A program made the translations under genes and the position numbers. DNA of 64,000 bases. Source: a virus. The DNA lies in the IMG/VR virus record IMGVR_UViG_3300025108_004223, positions 32,001 to 96,000 of that record; one strand, 5' to 3'. A model generated the notes under the pieces. The model saw nothing but the letters and a program-made list of their open reading frames with translations. It ran no database searches and was not told where the DNA came from. Position 1 is the first letter of the stretch, and the number at the start of each line of letters is the position of its first letter. Of this stretch, positions 56,356 to 64,000 are shown piece by piece.

Positions 56356-57252
56356 TTATGTGCCCCATGCGTTTCCGAAGAGACTGATGTGGAGTCTTGG
56401 GGTAAAACGCCATCCCCTTTCCATACAGATTTCTGCGACTTCCTGGACGTTAAGATTATATTCTTCACTGCGACCACCCAACGGCATAAGATACACAGGG
56501 CATTCCAACCCAGCTTTGCGATATGCCTTGACAGCTCTATCAACATCAGCAATATCCTCGTTGTCAGCAACAACAAATTTAAGATAGATATCGCTGTTAT
56601 CCACACGACTGTAGTTGAAAGCAACATCAGGCTTGATAGCATCTTCCCAAGATTCTCCCGATACTGTGAGCTTGGGTGAACAACTCCATGTGACTTTAAT
56701 TCTGTCACTGTTGTGGAGATAGTCGAATAAATCGTCATGTAAATGTTGTGTAGTGTTTGTTTCAAATGTAACATTTTTTAAGTCCTTCATGCGTGGATGT
56801 TCAAATAGTTCTACATAAAGTCGTTGCCACGCTAACAACGGCTCACCACCTGTCATAATTAAATGAATGTCTTGTCCATTGTCGCAAGTCCATTTGCCTT
56901 CAGGAGTAAGACTTAGTAGATGATTTACTACTTCGTCAACTTCTGCAAGTTTATTAAAATTTTTAAATTCTGGATAGATACTTGCATAAGTATCACAACC
57001 TGTATGTATAATAGGCAAGTCTGTAAATTGTGTCACGGTATCTGCAATACCACTATCAATTAATCCTTTAACTTCATCATTATAACGATTACCTGCATCA
57101 TGCTTTTCAGCTCTGCTTGGTTCGTTTCTTGGTAACCCAAAATTCATACAACGAAAATTGCAACCAAATGTGCGTAAAAATACGCTAGGAACTCCTACGT
57201 ATTGTCCTTCACCTTGCACACTATAAAATGCTTCTGAATATCTAAGTTTCAT
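56356..57252 (-). CDS. queE: QueE-like radical SAM (7-carboxy-7-deazaguanine synthase family)
   Basis: FYSVQGEG...G.PSVFLRTFGCNFRC...GCDT, TGGEPL, FETN, SCSPK, YLMP, TPRLHI. Confidence 0.8.
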   Translation of the reverse strand: MKLRYSEAFYSVQGEGQYVGVPSVFLRTFGCNFRCMNFGLPRNEPSRAEKHDAGNRYNDEVKGLIDSGIADTVTQFTDLPIIHTGCDTYASIYPEFKNFNKLAEVDEVVNHLLSLTPEGKWTCDNGQDIHLIMTGGEPLLAWQRLYVELFEHPRMKDLKNVTFETNTTQHLHDDLFDYLHNSDRIKVTWSCSPKLTVSGESWEDAIKPDVAFNYSRVDNSDIYLKFVVADNEDIADVDRAVKAYRKAGLECPVYLMPLGGRSEEYNLNVQEVAEICMERGWRFTPRLHISLFGNAWGT

Positions 57253-57688
57253 TTACTAAGTTGCTCCATCTTTTTAATTTATTACGTTTAACTTTTGCAC
57301 GGTCTTTTAAGTCTTCCATGGTAAACATTCCATGTTCTTCCATTAACTTCAGCATACAATATACATCACCTGCTTCTTCAATTAACTTTCTTTTATTAGT
57401 TAATGCATTCTGCACTTTACTATTGGCTTCTTCAATTGTATTAAACTTGCGAACTGTTTTACTACACATCTGTGTTAGTTCACCACATTCTTCTGCGGTA
57501 ATAATCATTAACTGTTGCAATGTGTTAAGTGGATGCTTCTCACGTGCTTCAGCTTCTTCATGCTTTTGTGCTTTGTTATTAAACAAGTCTACTGGATATT
57601 CTTCTTTTAGTCTGCGAGCCATATAGTCTTGATAACTTTCACGCTCGTTTTCGCCATTAAGTGGATTACCTTTACTGTATTGTGCCAT
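57242..57688 (-). CDS. MazG-like NTP pyrophosphohydrolase
   Basis: AEECGELTQ...EEAGDV (ExxE...ExxD). Confidence 0.72.
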   Translation of the reverse strand: MAQYSKGNPLNGENERESYQDYMARRLKEEYPVDLFNNKAQKHEEAEAREKHPLNTLQQLMIITAEECGELTQMCSKTVRKFNTIEEANSKVQNALTNKRKLIEEAGDVYCMLKLMEEHGMFTMEDLKDRAKVKRNKLKRWSNLVNET

Positions 57689-57927
57689 TAGTGTATTGTC
57701 CTATTATTAATTGGTGTTGCATCAGAAGTTATTTGATCGCCGTATATCATACCTAGTATAACTATTATTGTATCTGGCAATTGATCAAAGTCTTCAATTT
57801 CAAATGGCGCAAATATTCCTTGAAATGATCCATCTGCTTTAAGCACTAAAGCATACTCGTCGTCTTCGAGCCAATCATTTATTTCACCTTCTCGTTTTTG
57901 TTCTGCCATTGTTTGCCTCAACATCAT
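57688..57927 (-). CDS. Small hypothetical protein
   Basis: ORF behind its own promoter. Confidence 0.55.
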   Translation of the reverse strand: MMLRQTMAEQKREGEINDWLEDDEYALVLKADGSFQGIFAPFEIEDFDQLPDTIIVILGMIYGDQITSDATPINNRTIH

Positions 57928-57941
57928 TGTTTATACATATA

Positions 57942-57970
57942 ATTATATACGATTTCATACGATTAGTCAA
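57942..57970 (-). promoter_or_regulatory. sigma70 promoter
   Basis: TTGACT-17-TATAAT on -. Confidence 0.7.
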
Positions 57971-57974
57971 CTGT

Positions 57975-58052
57975 TTATAATCCTGCTAGTTTGGCCAATA
58001 ACCATAACATAAGAAATGCAAGTATGGCTATAAATAATGCTCCTTTAATCAT
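57975..58052 (-). CDS. 25-aa hydrophobic peptide (not in ORF track)
   Basis: RBS AAGGAG; MIKGALFIAILAFLMLWLLAKLAGL. Confidence 0.45.
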   Translation of the reverse strand: MIKGALFIAILAFLMLWLLAKLAGL

Positions 58053-58053
58053 A

Positions 58054-58227
58054 TTACTCCTTCTTTTTTATACTCCAGTTGCCGTTAGTAAGTTCTTTCC
58101 AAATCAAAGTATCGCCTACATCCCAACCCACTTGGTTTAATAGGTCAACTGGTAATTCAATAACTAATTCTTCTGTTTTGCCGTCTTTTAGGACTTCTAC
58201 AGTCCATGTTGTTTTTGGTTCTGTCAT
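58054..58227 (-). CDS. AbrB/MazE-like swapped-hairpin protein (57 aa, not in ORF track)
   Basis: ...ELVIELPVDLLNQVGWDVGDTLIW...; start overlaps the prs stop. Confidence 0.7.
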   Translation of the reverse strand: MTEPKTTWTVEVLKDGKTEELVIELPVDLLNQVGWDVGDTLIWKELTNGNWSIKKKE

Positions 58228-59186
58228 TAAATCTTTTGTGTAAACAAACTGCTTACACTCTCCTCATTGCTTACCCTTCTTAGGGCCTCTCCAAACATTT
58301 CTGCTACGCTTACTACACGAGTCTTTTTACAATTGCTTGGACATCTAAAGTCAATAGTGTCTGTGATTACTAGTTCTTTTAACACACTCTTTTCAACTTT
58401 TTTACATGCTTCACCAGTTAATACTCCGTGTGTAATATATGCTCTTACACTTAATGCACCAGCATCCATAATAGCCTGTGCGGCATTACATAGTGTTCCA
58501 CCTGAATCAATGATATCATCTACTAGAATAGCATGAGCACCTTCAACTTCACCAATTAGATTCATTACTTCACTGATGCCTGCTTTCGGTCTACGCTTGT
58601 CTACAATAGCAATATCACTGTGAAACATATCAGCAAACCTACGAGCTCTTACAGTTCCGCCTGCGTCTGGTGAAACAAATACTGTTTCTACTTCATTTAC
58701 ATTACTATCTTCTTTGTAGAACTGCTTTTTAATATCCCTTGCAAATGATATACGACTTGTTAAATCATCTACAGGAATATCAAAGAAGCCTTGAATTTGA
58801 CCGGCGTGTAGATCCATTGTAAGGATTCTATCAGCACCGGATTCGGTTAGCAGGTTCGCTACTAGTTTAGCCGTAATAGGAGTGCGGCTTGCACTTTTAC
58901 GATCCTGCCTTGCATAACCGAAATAAGGTATGACTGCGGTAATACGACTAGCACTGCTACGCTTGGCCGCATCAATCATAATCATTAATTCCATTATATT
59001 ATCGTTAACTGGTGTGCTTGTGCTTTGTATAATAAACACATCCTCACCTCTAACATTCTCTAAAAACTCTACACTGCTTTCGCCATCAGCAAATGTTTTA
59101 ATATCAGCAGGCACAAGTGTAGCAAAACAATGTTGTGCAATTTTTTCTGCTAGTTCAATATTACTGTTACCTGCGATGATTTTCAT
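58227..59186 (-). CDS. prs: Ribose-phosphate pyrophosphokinase
   Basis: [50 protein letters not shown]. Confidence 0.96.
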   Translation of the reverse strand: MKIIAGNSNIELAEKIAQHCFATLVPADIKTFADGESSVEFLENVRGEDVFIIQSTSTPVNDNIMELMIMIDAAKRSSASRITAVIPYFGYARQDRKSASRTPITAKLVANLLTESGADRILTMDLHAGQIQGFFDIPVDDLTSRISFARDIKKQFYKEDSNVNEVETVFVSPDAGGTVRARRFADMFHSDIAIVDKRRPKAGISEVMNLIGEVEGAHAILVDDIIDSGGTLCNAAQAIMDAGALSVRAYITHGVLTGEACKKVEKSVLKELVITDTIDFRCPSNCKKTRVVSVAEMFGEALRRVSNEESVSSLFTQKI

Positions 59187-59341
59187 TGTGACTTCTCCTT
59201 GTCAATGAGTGTTAATATTTGTTGTGCGAACTCTTTACGACCTTCAAAGATGTCTTCAGTTCCATCTGTTAGTCCTTGCACGTCATCTTCTAGCTCGCTT
59301 TCGCATGCTTCTATTATTCTTTTTATAGCATCACCGCTCAT
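59183..59341 (-). CDS. Small acidic hypothetical protein (52 aa, not in ORF track)
   Basis: [52 protein letters not shown]; overlaps both neighbours. Confidence 0.6.
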   Translation of the reverse strand: MSGDAIKRIIEACESELEDDVQGLTDGTEDIFEGRKEFAQQILTLIDKEKSQ

Positions 59342-59898
59342 TACTTACTCTCCCAATGTTCATGGCAACGTGGTTCATATAGATCTGCGCCGCCTACGTT
59401 TACTCTGCCACCACTTTTTCTAAGTCGTTGCGTCTTACTGCATGGTTGTCCACATATATTACAAAATGCAGTTATTTTCATAATACCATCTGCTAGTGCT
59501 AACAATCTGCCAGTTGTATCAAATGGTATTCCTCTACTGTCTTGATCTAATCCTGCACATACAAAGTTAACACCTTCACGTAATCCTTCTTCTACAAACC
59601 ATAGTGCTTCTTTAGGATCAAAGAATTGCACCTCGTCAATGAATACTGTGTGAAAGTTATAAGGTTTAATTGTGTAATTATCTTTTACTAATTCTAAATC
59701 AATAACACTAATAGCAGGGTGACTAAGTTTATTGTGTGTAACAATCTTGTCTGGGTCATACCTGTCATCTACTAATGGTTTTAGGACTAATGCTTTGTGT
59801 CCTGAATGCTCTAGAAAGAGCAGTCGTTTTAACAACTCACTGCTCTTTCCTGCAAACATAGGTCCTGCAATGACCTCTAGATTGCCTCGTTTATACAT
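59341..59898 (-). CDS. tdk: Thymidine kinase
   Basis: GPMFAGKSSEL, IDEVQFF, AGLD.D..G.PF, C..C, YEPRC..H. Confidence 0.95.
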   Translation of the reverse strand: MYKRGNLEVIAGPMFAGKSSELLKRLLFLEHSGHKALVLKPLVDDRYDPDKIVTHNKLSHPAISVIDLELVKDNYTIKPYNFHTVFIDEVQFFDPKEALWFVEEGLREGVNFVCAGLDQDSRGIPFDTTGRLLALADGIMKITAFCNICGQPCSKTQRLRKSGGRVNVGGADLYEPRCHEHWESK

Positions 59899-59901
59899 TT
59901 A

Positions 59902-62685
59902 TTAAAAGCTCCATGTTAAGTTAAGACCTGCTGTCGTAACTGTTTCGTTTGTTCCTGCATAGTTCAAACGTGCTTCTGCGTGTGCTTTAACAAACATGTT
60001 GTCTGTTACTTTGAAGTTACGAAACACACCTAAGTCTACTTCACGTTGTGTAGCACTTAAATCACTTTCGCTTGTTAAGTAATCTACATCACCAGTTGAA
60101 CTAACACTACTTGCTGATGTAAATGTTGCACTGCCTTGCGTAATTGCTACAGGCACACTTGCTACAAATCCAAAGTCGCCGTTGCTAACGTTACGTTTGA
60201 TACCAAGTGTTGCACTATTACTTAGCAAGTTACTTGCTGATGTCATCATGCTATCACCTACGTTTACTTTAGTAATACCAAACATTGCATTACCAAATAG
60301 TGTAACATCTTCTGTTAGTGCTTTATCTAAGTTATAGCCTGCATAGAATGTAGTTGCACCATTAACATCCATAAGTGGATTGTCTGCAACATTACCAAGG
60401 AAACTATTACCTTCTGTTACTGCGCCAAACATAAACTTATCTACTGTAGTTGCAATTGCTACACTATCTTCATTAATATTTAGTGCGCCTACTTCCATTG
60501 GAATAACTTGTCCATTACCATATCCAAAATAATAGTCTGGAGCAAATCCCATGTCAGCGGCTTGTGTTGGATCTGCACTTCGTGTATCAGCGACAGTAAT
60601 CATATCGTTACCATCTACATAAAAGTTACGATCATAATCATCAACTACCATTGTGTTGCTAATACTACTAATATAAGCACCGCCACTTAATGCAAATGCA
60701 CCCGAGTCTAAATTACTTGTAGCGCCTTCAATACGTCCACTAGTTGGAATACCTATTGCACCTTGTGGGCTAGTTGCTTCATCTAAGTCAAGCATACCTT
60801 GTCCATGAATGTTCTCATCATAGTTTCTAAGATCCTTGTCGGCTGTATTAAGTAACAACTGAACAATGTTCTCGCCTTTCATGTATGGCCACATTTGATG
60901 CACAATACCTACTGCACCTGTAACTGCCGGTGCCGCCATTGATGTTCCGCTATTAGTTCTATATTCACCATTAGCACTTGTTGATGCTACATAACGACCT
61001 GGTGCTAGTATATACCAATCACTAATTCTAGTATCACTTGAACATTCACCATTCGTGCCATAACACATTGTTCCTGCTCTGTTACTTGAGTTTGAGATTT
61101 TATCTGTTTTAAGATCCCATGACCCAACTACAATTGCTTTACCACCAAGCAACAATTCACCATCTTCGTTTTCGGCAACTGCATAATGAGCCGGAAAGGT
61201 TGGAACATCTAAACGTTGGTTACCTGCGGCAAATACAATTACTGCTTCGTTACCTGACATTGCATCTGTAAGTTGTGGCAACATATAATTATCATCTACT
61301 GCTAATCCTGAGTAGCCTTCAAGTGCATATACTCCATCGTAACGTGAGTCCGTGCTATAAAATACACCATCTCCTGCACTTTGTATACTACGCTTATATG
61401 TTGTGTCTACGTTATAGTTACCAGATACGTTTATTGCATCTGCACCATTGTTAACTGCCCACTCAATACCGTTACCTAATGCACTAAACTCATAGTATCC
61501 ATTGTCCCATGCTGTTTTACCAATAAGTAGTTTGGCATCTGGAGCAACACCTGTTGTTCCTACACCATCTAAGTTTGCCGCGGCAATACCTGCCACGTGT
61601 GTTCCGTGTGAATACTTATTTTTATCGTCTATTGTTTCGTTTCCATCTGCACATATACTTGTAAGACATTTACTAGCAATAATCTTATCAGCAAACTCTG
61701 GATGATCTAAATCAATACCAGTATCAAGTATTGCTAACACACTACCTTCGCCTGTCCAACCTTTTGCCCAGGCTTCTGGTGCATTAATACTTTCTAAATT
61801 ATTACCATTATTATATAATCCACTTTCACGTGTAATGTAATCAACATTAATTCTGCTATTCATACTGTGAACTGCATCAATATATGTCTGTGTTCCACCT
61901 AATGATACATCGTCCATTGCTAAGTATTCTTCTACAGTTAATACATTTTCTGTTTTAATACCAATACCATCGTTGACAACGTTCACTGGTTCGTTGACTA
62001 CATCAACGACAACGACCTCCTCCTCAACGACAACGGGTTCTTCAACAACTTCAACAACTTCAACAGGTCGTTCAAGTTCATATGTGCTTACAAAATTACG
62101 TTCAGTTTCTGTTCGTGTAACTTCTTCTACATTTGTAGAAACTAGATCAGTAGTAACTTTCGTAAGAGAAGTATCATCACTAAAATGTGTTGTAGTGTAT
62201 GTGCCTTTATAACTCTTTGTTGTTACTGTTTTTGTATATGTAATTACAACATCTTCATATACATTAACTGTATAATCTTCTGTAACTTCATCTTGTGTGG
62301 AAGATCGTGTGGCTACCTCAGGAGATTCTTCTACCTGATCATAGTTTGTATATTTGTATGTTTTGTGTGTTTCGGTGACTGCTTGTTCAAGTGCACCACC
62401 AATTAATATTGTAAACTTTTCAATCTCATTCTCATAAAAGTTTACTGTTTCGACTAGCCCTGCGGCCCAACTGTAATGTCCGTATTTTTCTGCTAGTGGC
62501 TTTAATGATTTAAGTCCGCTTTCATATGAACGGATCATACTTTTTGCAAAGTTATCTCTTGATTCAACGTTTGCTATATTAGACACCATGTCATAATAAC
62601 TGAATGGTGCCGCTGTTGCTGGTGCAGTAGCTGATATACCTATAACAGCAACCGCAATAGCGATCCAACTTCTTACATTTCTCAT
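59902..62685 (-). CDS. Secreted subtilisin-like (S8) protease with C-terminal beta-rich (autotransporter-like) region
   Basis: Signal peptide; ILDTG (Asp), HGTHVAG (His), FAAGN, GTSMAAP (Ser); ends GLNLTWSF. Confidence 0.88.
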   Translation of the reverse strand: MRNVRSWIAIAVAVIGISATAPATAAPFSYYDMVSNIANVESRDNFAKSMIRSYESGLKSLKPLAEKYGHYSWAAGLVETVNFYENEIEKFTILIGGALEQAVTETHKTYKYTNYDQVEESPEVATRSSTQDEVTEDYTVNVYEDVVITYTKTVTTKSYKGTYTTTHFSDDTSLTKVTTDLVSTNVEEVTRTETERNFVSTYELERPVEVVEVVEEPVVVEEEVVVVDVVNEPVNVVNDGIGIKTENVLTVEEYLAMDDVSLGGTQTYIDAVHSMNSRINVDYITRESGLYNNGNNLESINAPEAWAKGWTGEGSVLAILDTGIDLDHPEFADKIIASKCLTSICADGNETIDDKNKYSHGTHVAGIAAANLDGVGTTGVAPDAKLLIGKTAWDNGYYEFSALGNGIEWAVNNGADAINVSGNYNVDTTYKRSIQSAGDGVFYSTDSRYDGVYALEGYSGLAVDDNYMLPQLTDAMSGNEAVIVFAAGNQRLDVPTFPAHYAVAENEDGELLLGGKAIVVGSWDLKTDKISNSSNRAGTMCYGTNGECSSDTRISDWYILAPGRYVASTSANGEYRTNSGTSMAAPAVTGAVGIVHQMWPYMKGENIVQLLLNTADKDLRNYDENIHGQGMLDLDEATSPQGAIGIPTSGRIEGATSNLDSGAFALSGGAYISSISNTMVVDDYDRNFYVDGNDMITVADTRSADPTQAADMGFAPDYYFGYGNGQVIPMEVGALNINEDSVAIATTVDKFMFGAVTEGNSFLGNVADNPLMDVNGATTFYAGYNLDKALTEDVTLFGNAMFGITKVNVGDSMMTSASNLLSNSATLGIKRNVSNGDFGFVASVPVAITQGSATFTSASSVSSTGDVDYLTSESDLSATQREVDLGVFRNFKVTDNMFVKAHAEARLNYAGTNETVTTAGLNLTWSF

Positions 62686-62722
62686 AATTACACTCCTATT
62701 GCTTTTATGATTTAATACTTAC

Positions 62723-62751
62723 AGTATACAGTAAGATGTCTTGCTTGTCAA
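62723..62751 (-). promoter_or_regulatory. sigma70 promoter with spacer palindrome AGCAAGACATCTTACT
   Basis: TTGACA-17-TATACT on -; palindrome 62730-62745. Confidence 0.85.
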
Positions 62752-62757
62752 CCTCTT

Positions 62758-63321
62758 TTATGTATTATTGTAAAACTCAAATGTTTCTTTAACAATACCA
62801 GTATCTTCTAGTGTATTTTCTAGTGTTTTACGCCCATATTCTACACGATGTAGCAATTTGTCTCCATCAATACTAACTAACGCTAAATTTAACAAATGAT
62901 GACTGAAATCTTCTTCCTCTAAATATCCTGTAAAGAATGTTCCTTTGCATTCTCTGACACCTTTTAGGTAATGTCCTTTACCTAATGTGTTGCAATCCAT
63001 AGTAAATCTTACAGATTCGTCTATTGCACTAGATGAATATACTGTGTTATCATCCTCATCAATCACATGCACATGTATATGACTTGGGCGTGGACCAAAT
63101 ACTTCTATAAGTCTGTTTTGTTTGGACTTTGCCATGCCTAAGAACAATGGATCTTCGTAATCTGTTATAGGATTTCCATTTAGATTAGTTTCTGGATCTT
63201 CAAACAAATGACTGCGTGTTGCTTCAGTGTCTTGTTTGCTCCAAAATTCATATACATTTGGTTCAATGCGTCTTATATGTAAGTGGGCACCATACCCATT
63301 AACTATTATTTTATATTTCAT
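62758..63321 (-). CDS. Hypothetical protein (paralog of 63318-63887)
   Basis: GYG, SHLF.DP, DP.FLG, KG.FF, IDGD shared; ATGA overlap at 63321. Confidence 0.7.
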   Translation of the reverse strand: MKYKIIVNGYGAHLHIRRIEPNVYEFWSKQDTEATRSHLFEDPETNLNGNPITDYEDPLFLGMAKSKQNRLIEVFGPRPSHIHVHVIDEDDNTVYSSSAIDESVRFTMDCNTLGKGHYLKGVRECKGTFFTGYLEEEDFSHHLLNLALVSIDGDKLLHRVEYGRKTLENTLEDTGIVKETFEFYNNT

Positions 63322-63887
63322 AAGTTCTCGTAAAATTCCCAACCAGAGTCTTTGGTAATAGTATCGCCGCCGATGTTATCTAAATCTTCTCCATCATACG
63401 TAATACTATCAATAACTACATCACCATCAATATTAGTAGCACCAAATTTTAGTTTCTTGGGATTAAAATTGTCTAATTCAATGTCACAACTAAAAAAGTT
63501 TCCTTTTTCTGTGTTCCAGCCTTTAAAATAATAACCCTCTGGTTGATCATCTGGATCAGAAATATGTGTTGATTCTATTTCAGGGCTATCGTTTTCGTAA
63601 ATAGTTTTACCATCTTCGTTTGTTACTACAACCTCACACTGGTCGTGGAACGCTCCATGGGCATGATCAATATCATCAATCTCATGCCAGTTTCCAAGGA
63701 AACGTGGATCCTGATCATCTACAATATCATTGCCATCTGATTCTTCATATGGATCCCAAAACAAGTGACTGTTTATTCCATCGTCATCCTCGCTTTTTAT
63801 ACTCCAATGTTCATAGGCTTCCTTAGATACAGAACCGAGAACCATCTCACCTCCATATCCATATATCTCAAGTGTAAATGTCGTCAC
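63318..63887 (-). CDS. Hypothetical acidic protein
   Basis: GTG start after GGAGA. Confidence 0.72.
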   Translation of the reverse strand: MTTFTLEIYGYGGEMVLGSVSKEAYEHWSIKSEDDDGINSHLFWDPYEESDGNDIVDDQDPRFLGNWHEIDDIDHAHGAFHDQCEVVVTNEDGKTIYENDSPEIESTHISDPDDQPEGYYFKGWNTEKGNFFSCDIELDNFNPKKLKFGATNIDGDVVIDSITYDGEDLDNIGGDTITKDSGWEFYENL

Positions 63888-64000
63888 TAGTCTTCTCCTA
63901 ATCTCTTTAAAAACTTCTTTTGTTCAACTCTCTTTTCAATATCTAATTCTACATCGAAGTTTTTAGTTTTTACCATTTCTTTAATGATATCTGTTAGTGC
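63887..64000 (-). CDS. Partial CDS (3' end), hypothetical
   Basis: Open frame ALTDIIKEMVKTKNFDVELDIEKRVEQKKFLKRLGED*. Confidence 0.5.
   Translation of the reverse strand, partial: ALTDIIKEMVKTKNFDVELDIEKRVEQKKFLKRLGED

Noticed and set aside
57242-58227. Complete mazEFG toxin-antitoxin operon
   Set aside because: No MazF/PemK-like ORF between the AbrB-like and MazG-like genes
61970-62070. Tandem DNA repeat (AACAAC/TTCAAC units)
   Set aside because: Imperfect, and explained by the Val/Glu low-complexity coding stretch of the S8 protease
532-63826. Numerous 60-150 aa antisense or alternate-frame ORFs in the track (e.g. 532-753, 6391-6759, 7228-7584, 20620-21003, 56319-56774, 59199-59423)
   Set aside because: Shadows of well-supported genes, with no RBS or recognisable motifs
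1-64000. Cellular (bacterial) genome origin suggested by metK, prs, clpP, folA and thyA
   Set aside because: These genes are interspersed with a clamp loader, T4-type RNase H, TATAAATA-type promoters and many small phage-type hypotheticals; there are no ribosomal or core operons
1-64000. tRNA, rRNA, CRISPR arrays, transposases, introns or inteins
   Set aside because: I saw no cloverleaf/T-loop in intergenic DNA and no regularly spaced repeats; thyA, the clamp loader and RNase H are of normal length and uninterrupted (visual scan only)

Overview
AT-rich, densely coded segment of a large (jumbo, T4-superfamily-like) dsDNA bacteriophage genome, standard genetic code. The evidence is a clamp-loader subunit, a T4-type RNase H, a T4-like thyA, and both sigma70 and TATAAATA-type late promoters, with no ribosomal or core cellular operons. 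MetK and Prs look alphaproteobacterial, which suggests a (marine) alphaproteobacterial host; this is inference. Layout: + strand 1-18.6 kb (ClpP, clamp loader, ExbB/ExbD-like module, dfr-thyA-PRTase, HtrA, alginate-lyase-like protein, small early genes, thermonuclease), a convergent terminator at about 18.65 kb, then the - strand to the end, interrupted by a two-gene + island at 37.2-39.1 kb. The dominant feature is a ~26 kb tailoring-enzyme cluster (18.7-44.3 kb) with 10 radical SAM genes, 5 Fe(II)/2OG-type oxygenases (one Kdo-hydroxylase-like), an amidinotransferase, a PLP enzyme, an SDR, 2 SGNH proteins, a sulfotransferase-like protein, a lipase and an MTA/SAH nucleosidase. The window holds 13 radical SAM genes in total, plus metK, a DNA MTase and a QueE-like enzyme. 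Non-coding highlights are a palindrome (AAGAYRTCTT) inside six sigma70 promoters and a probable pseudoknotted 5' leader ahead of a small membrane protein. All family calls come from motif recognition by eye; no database searches were run.
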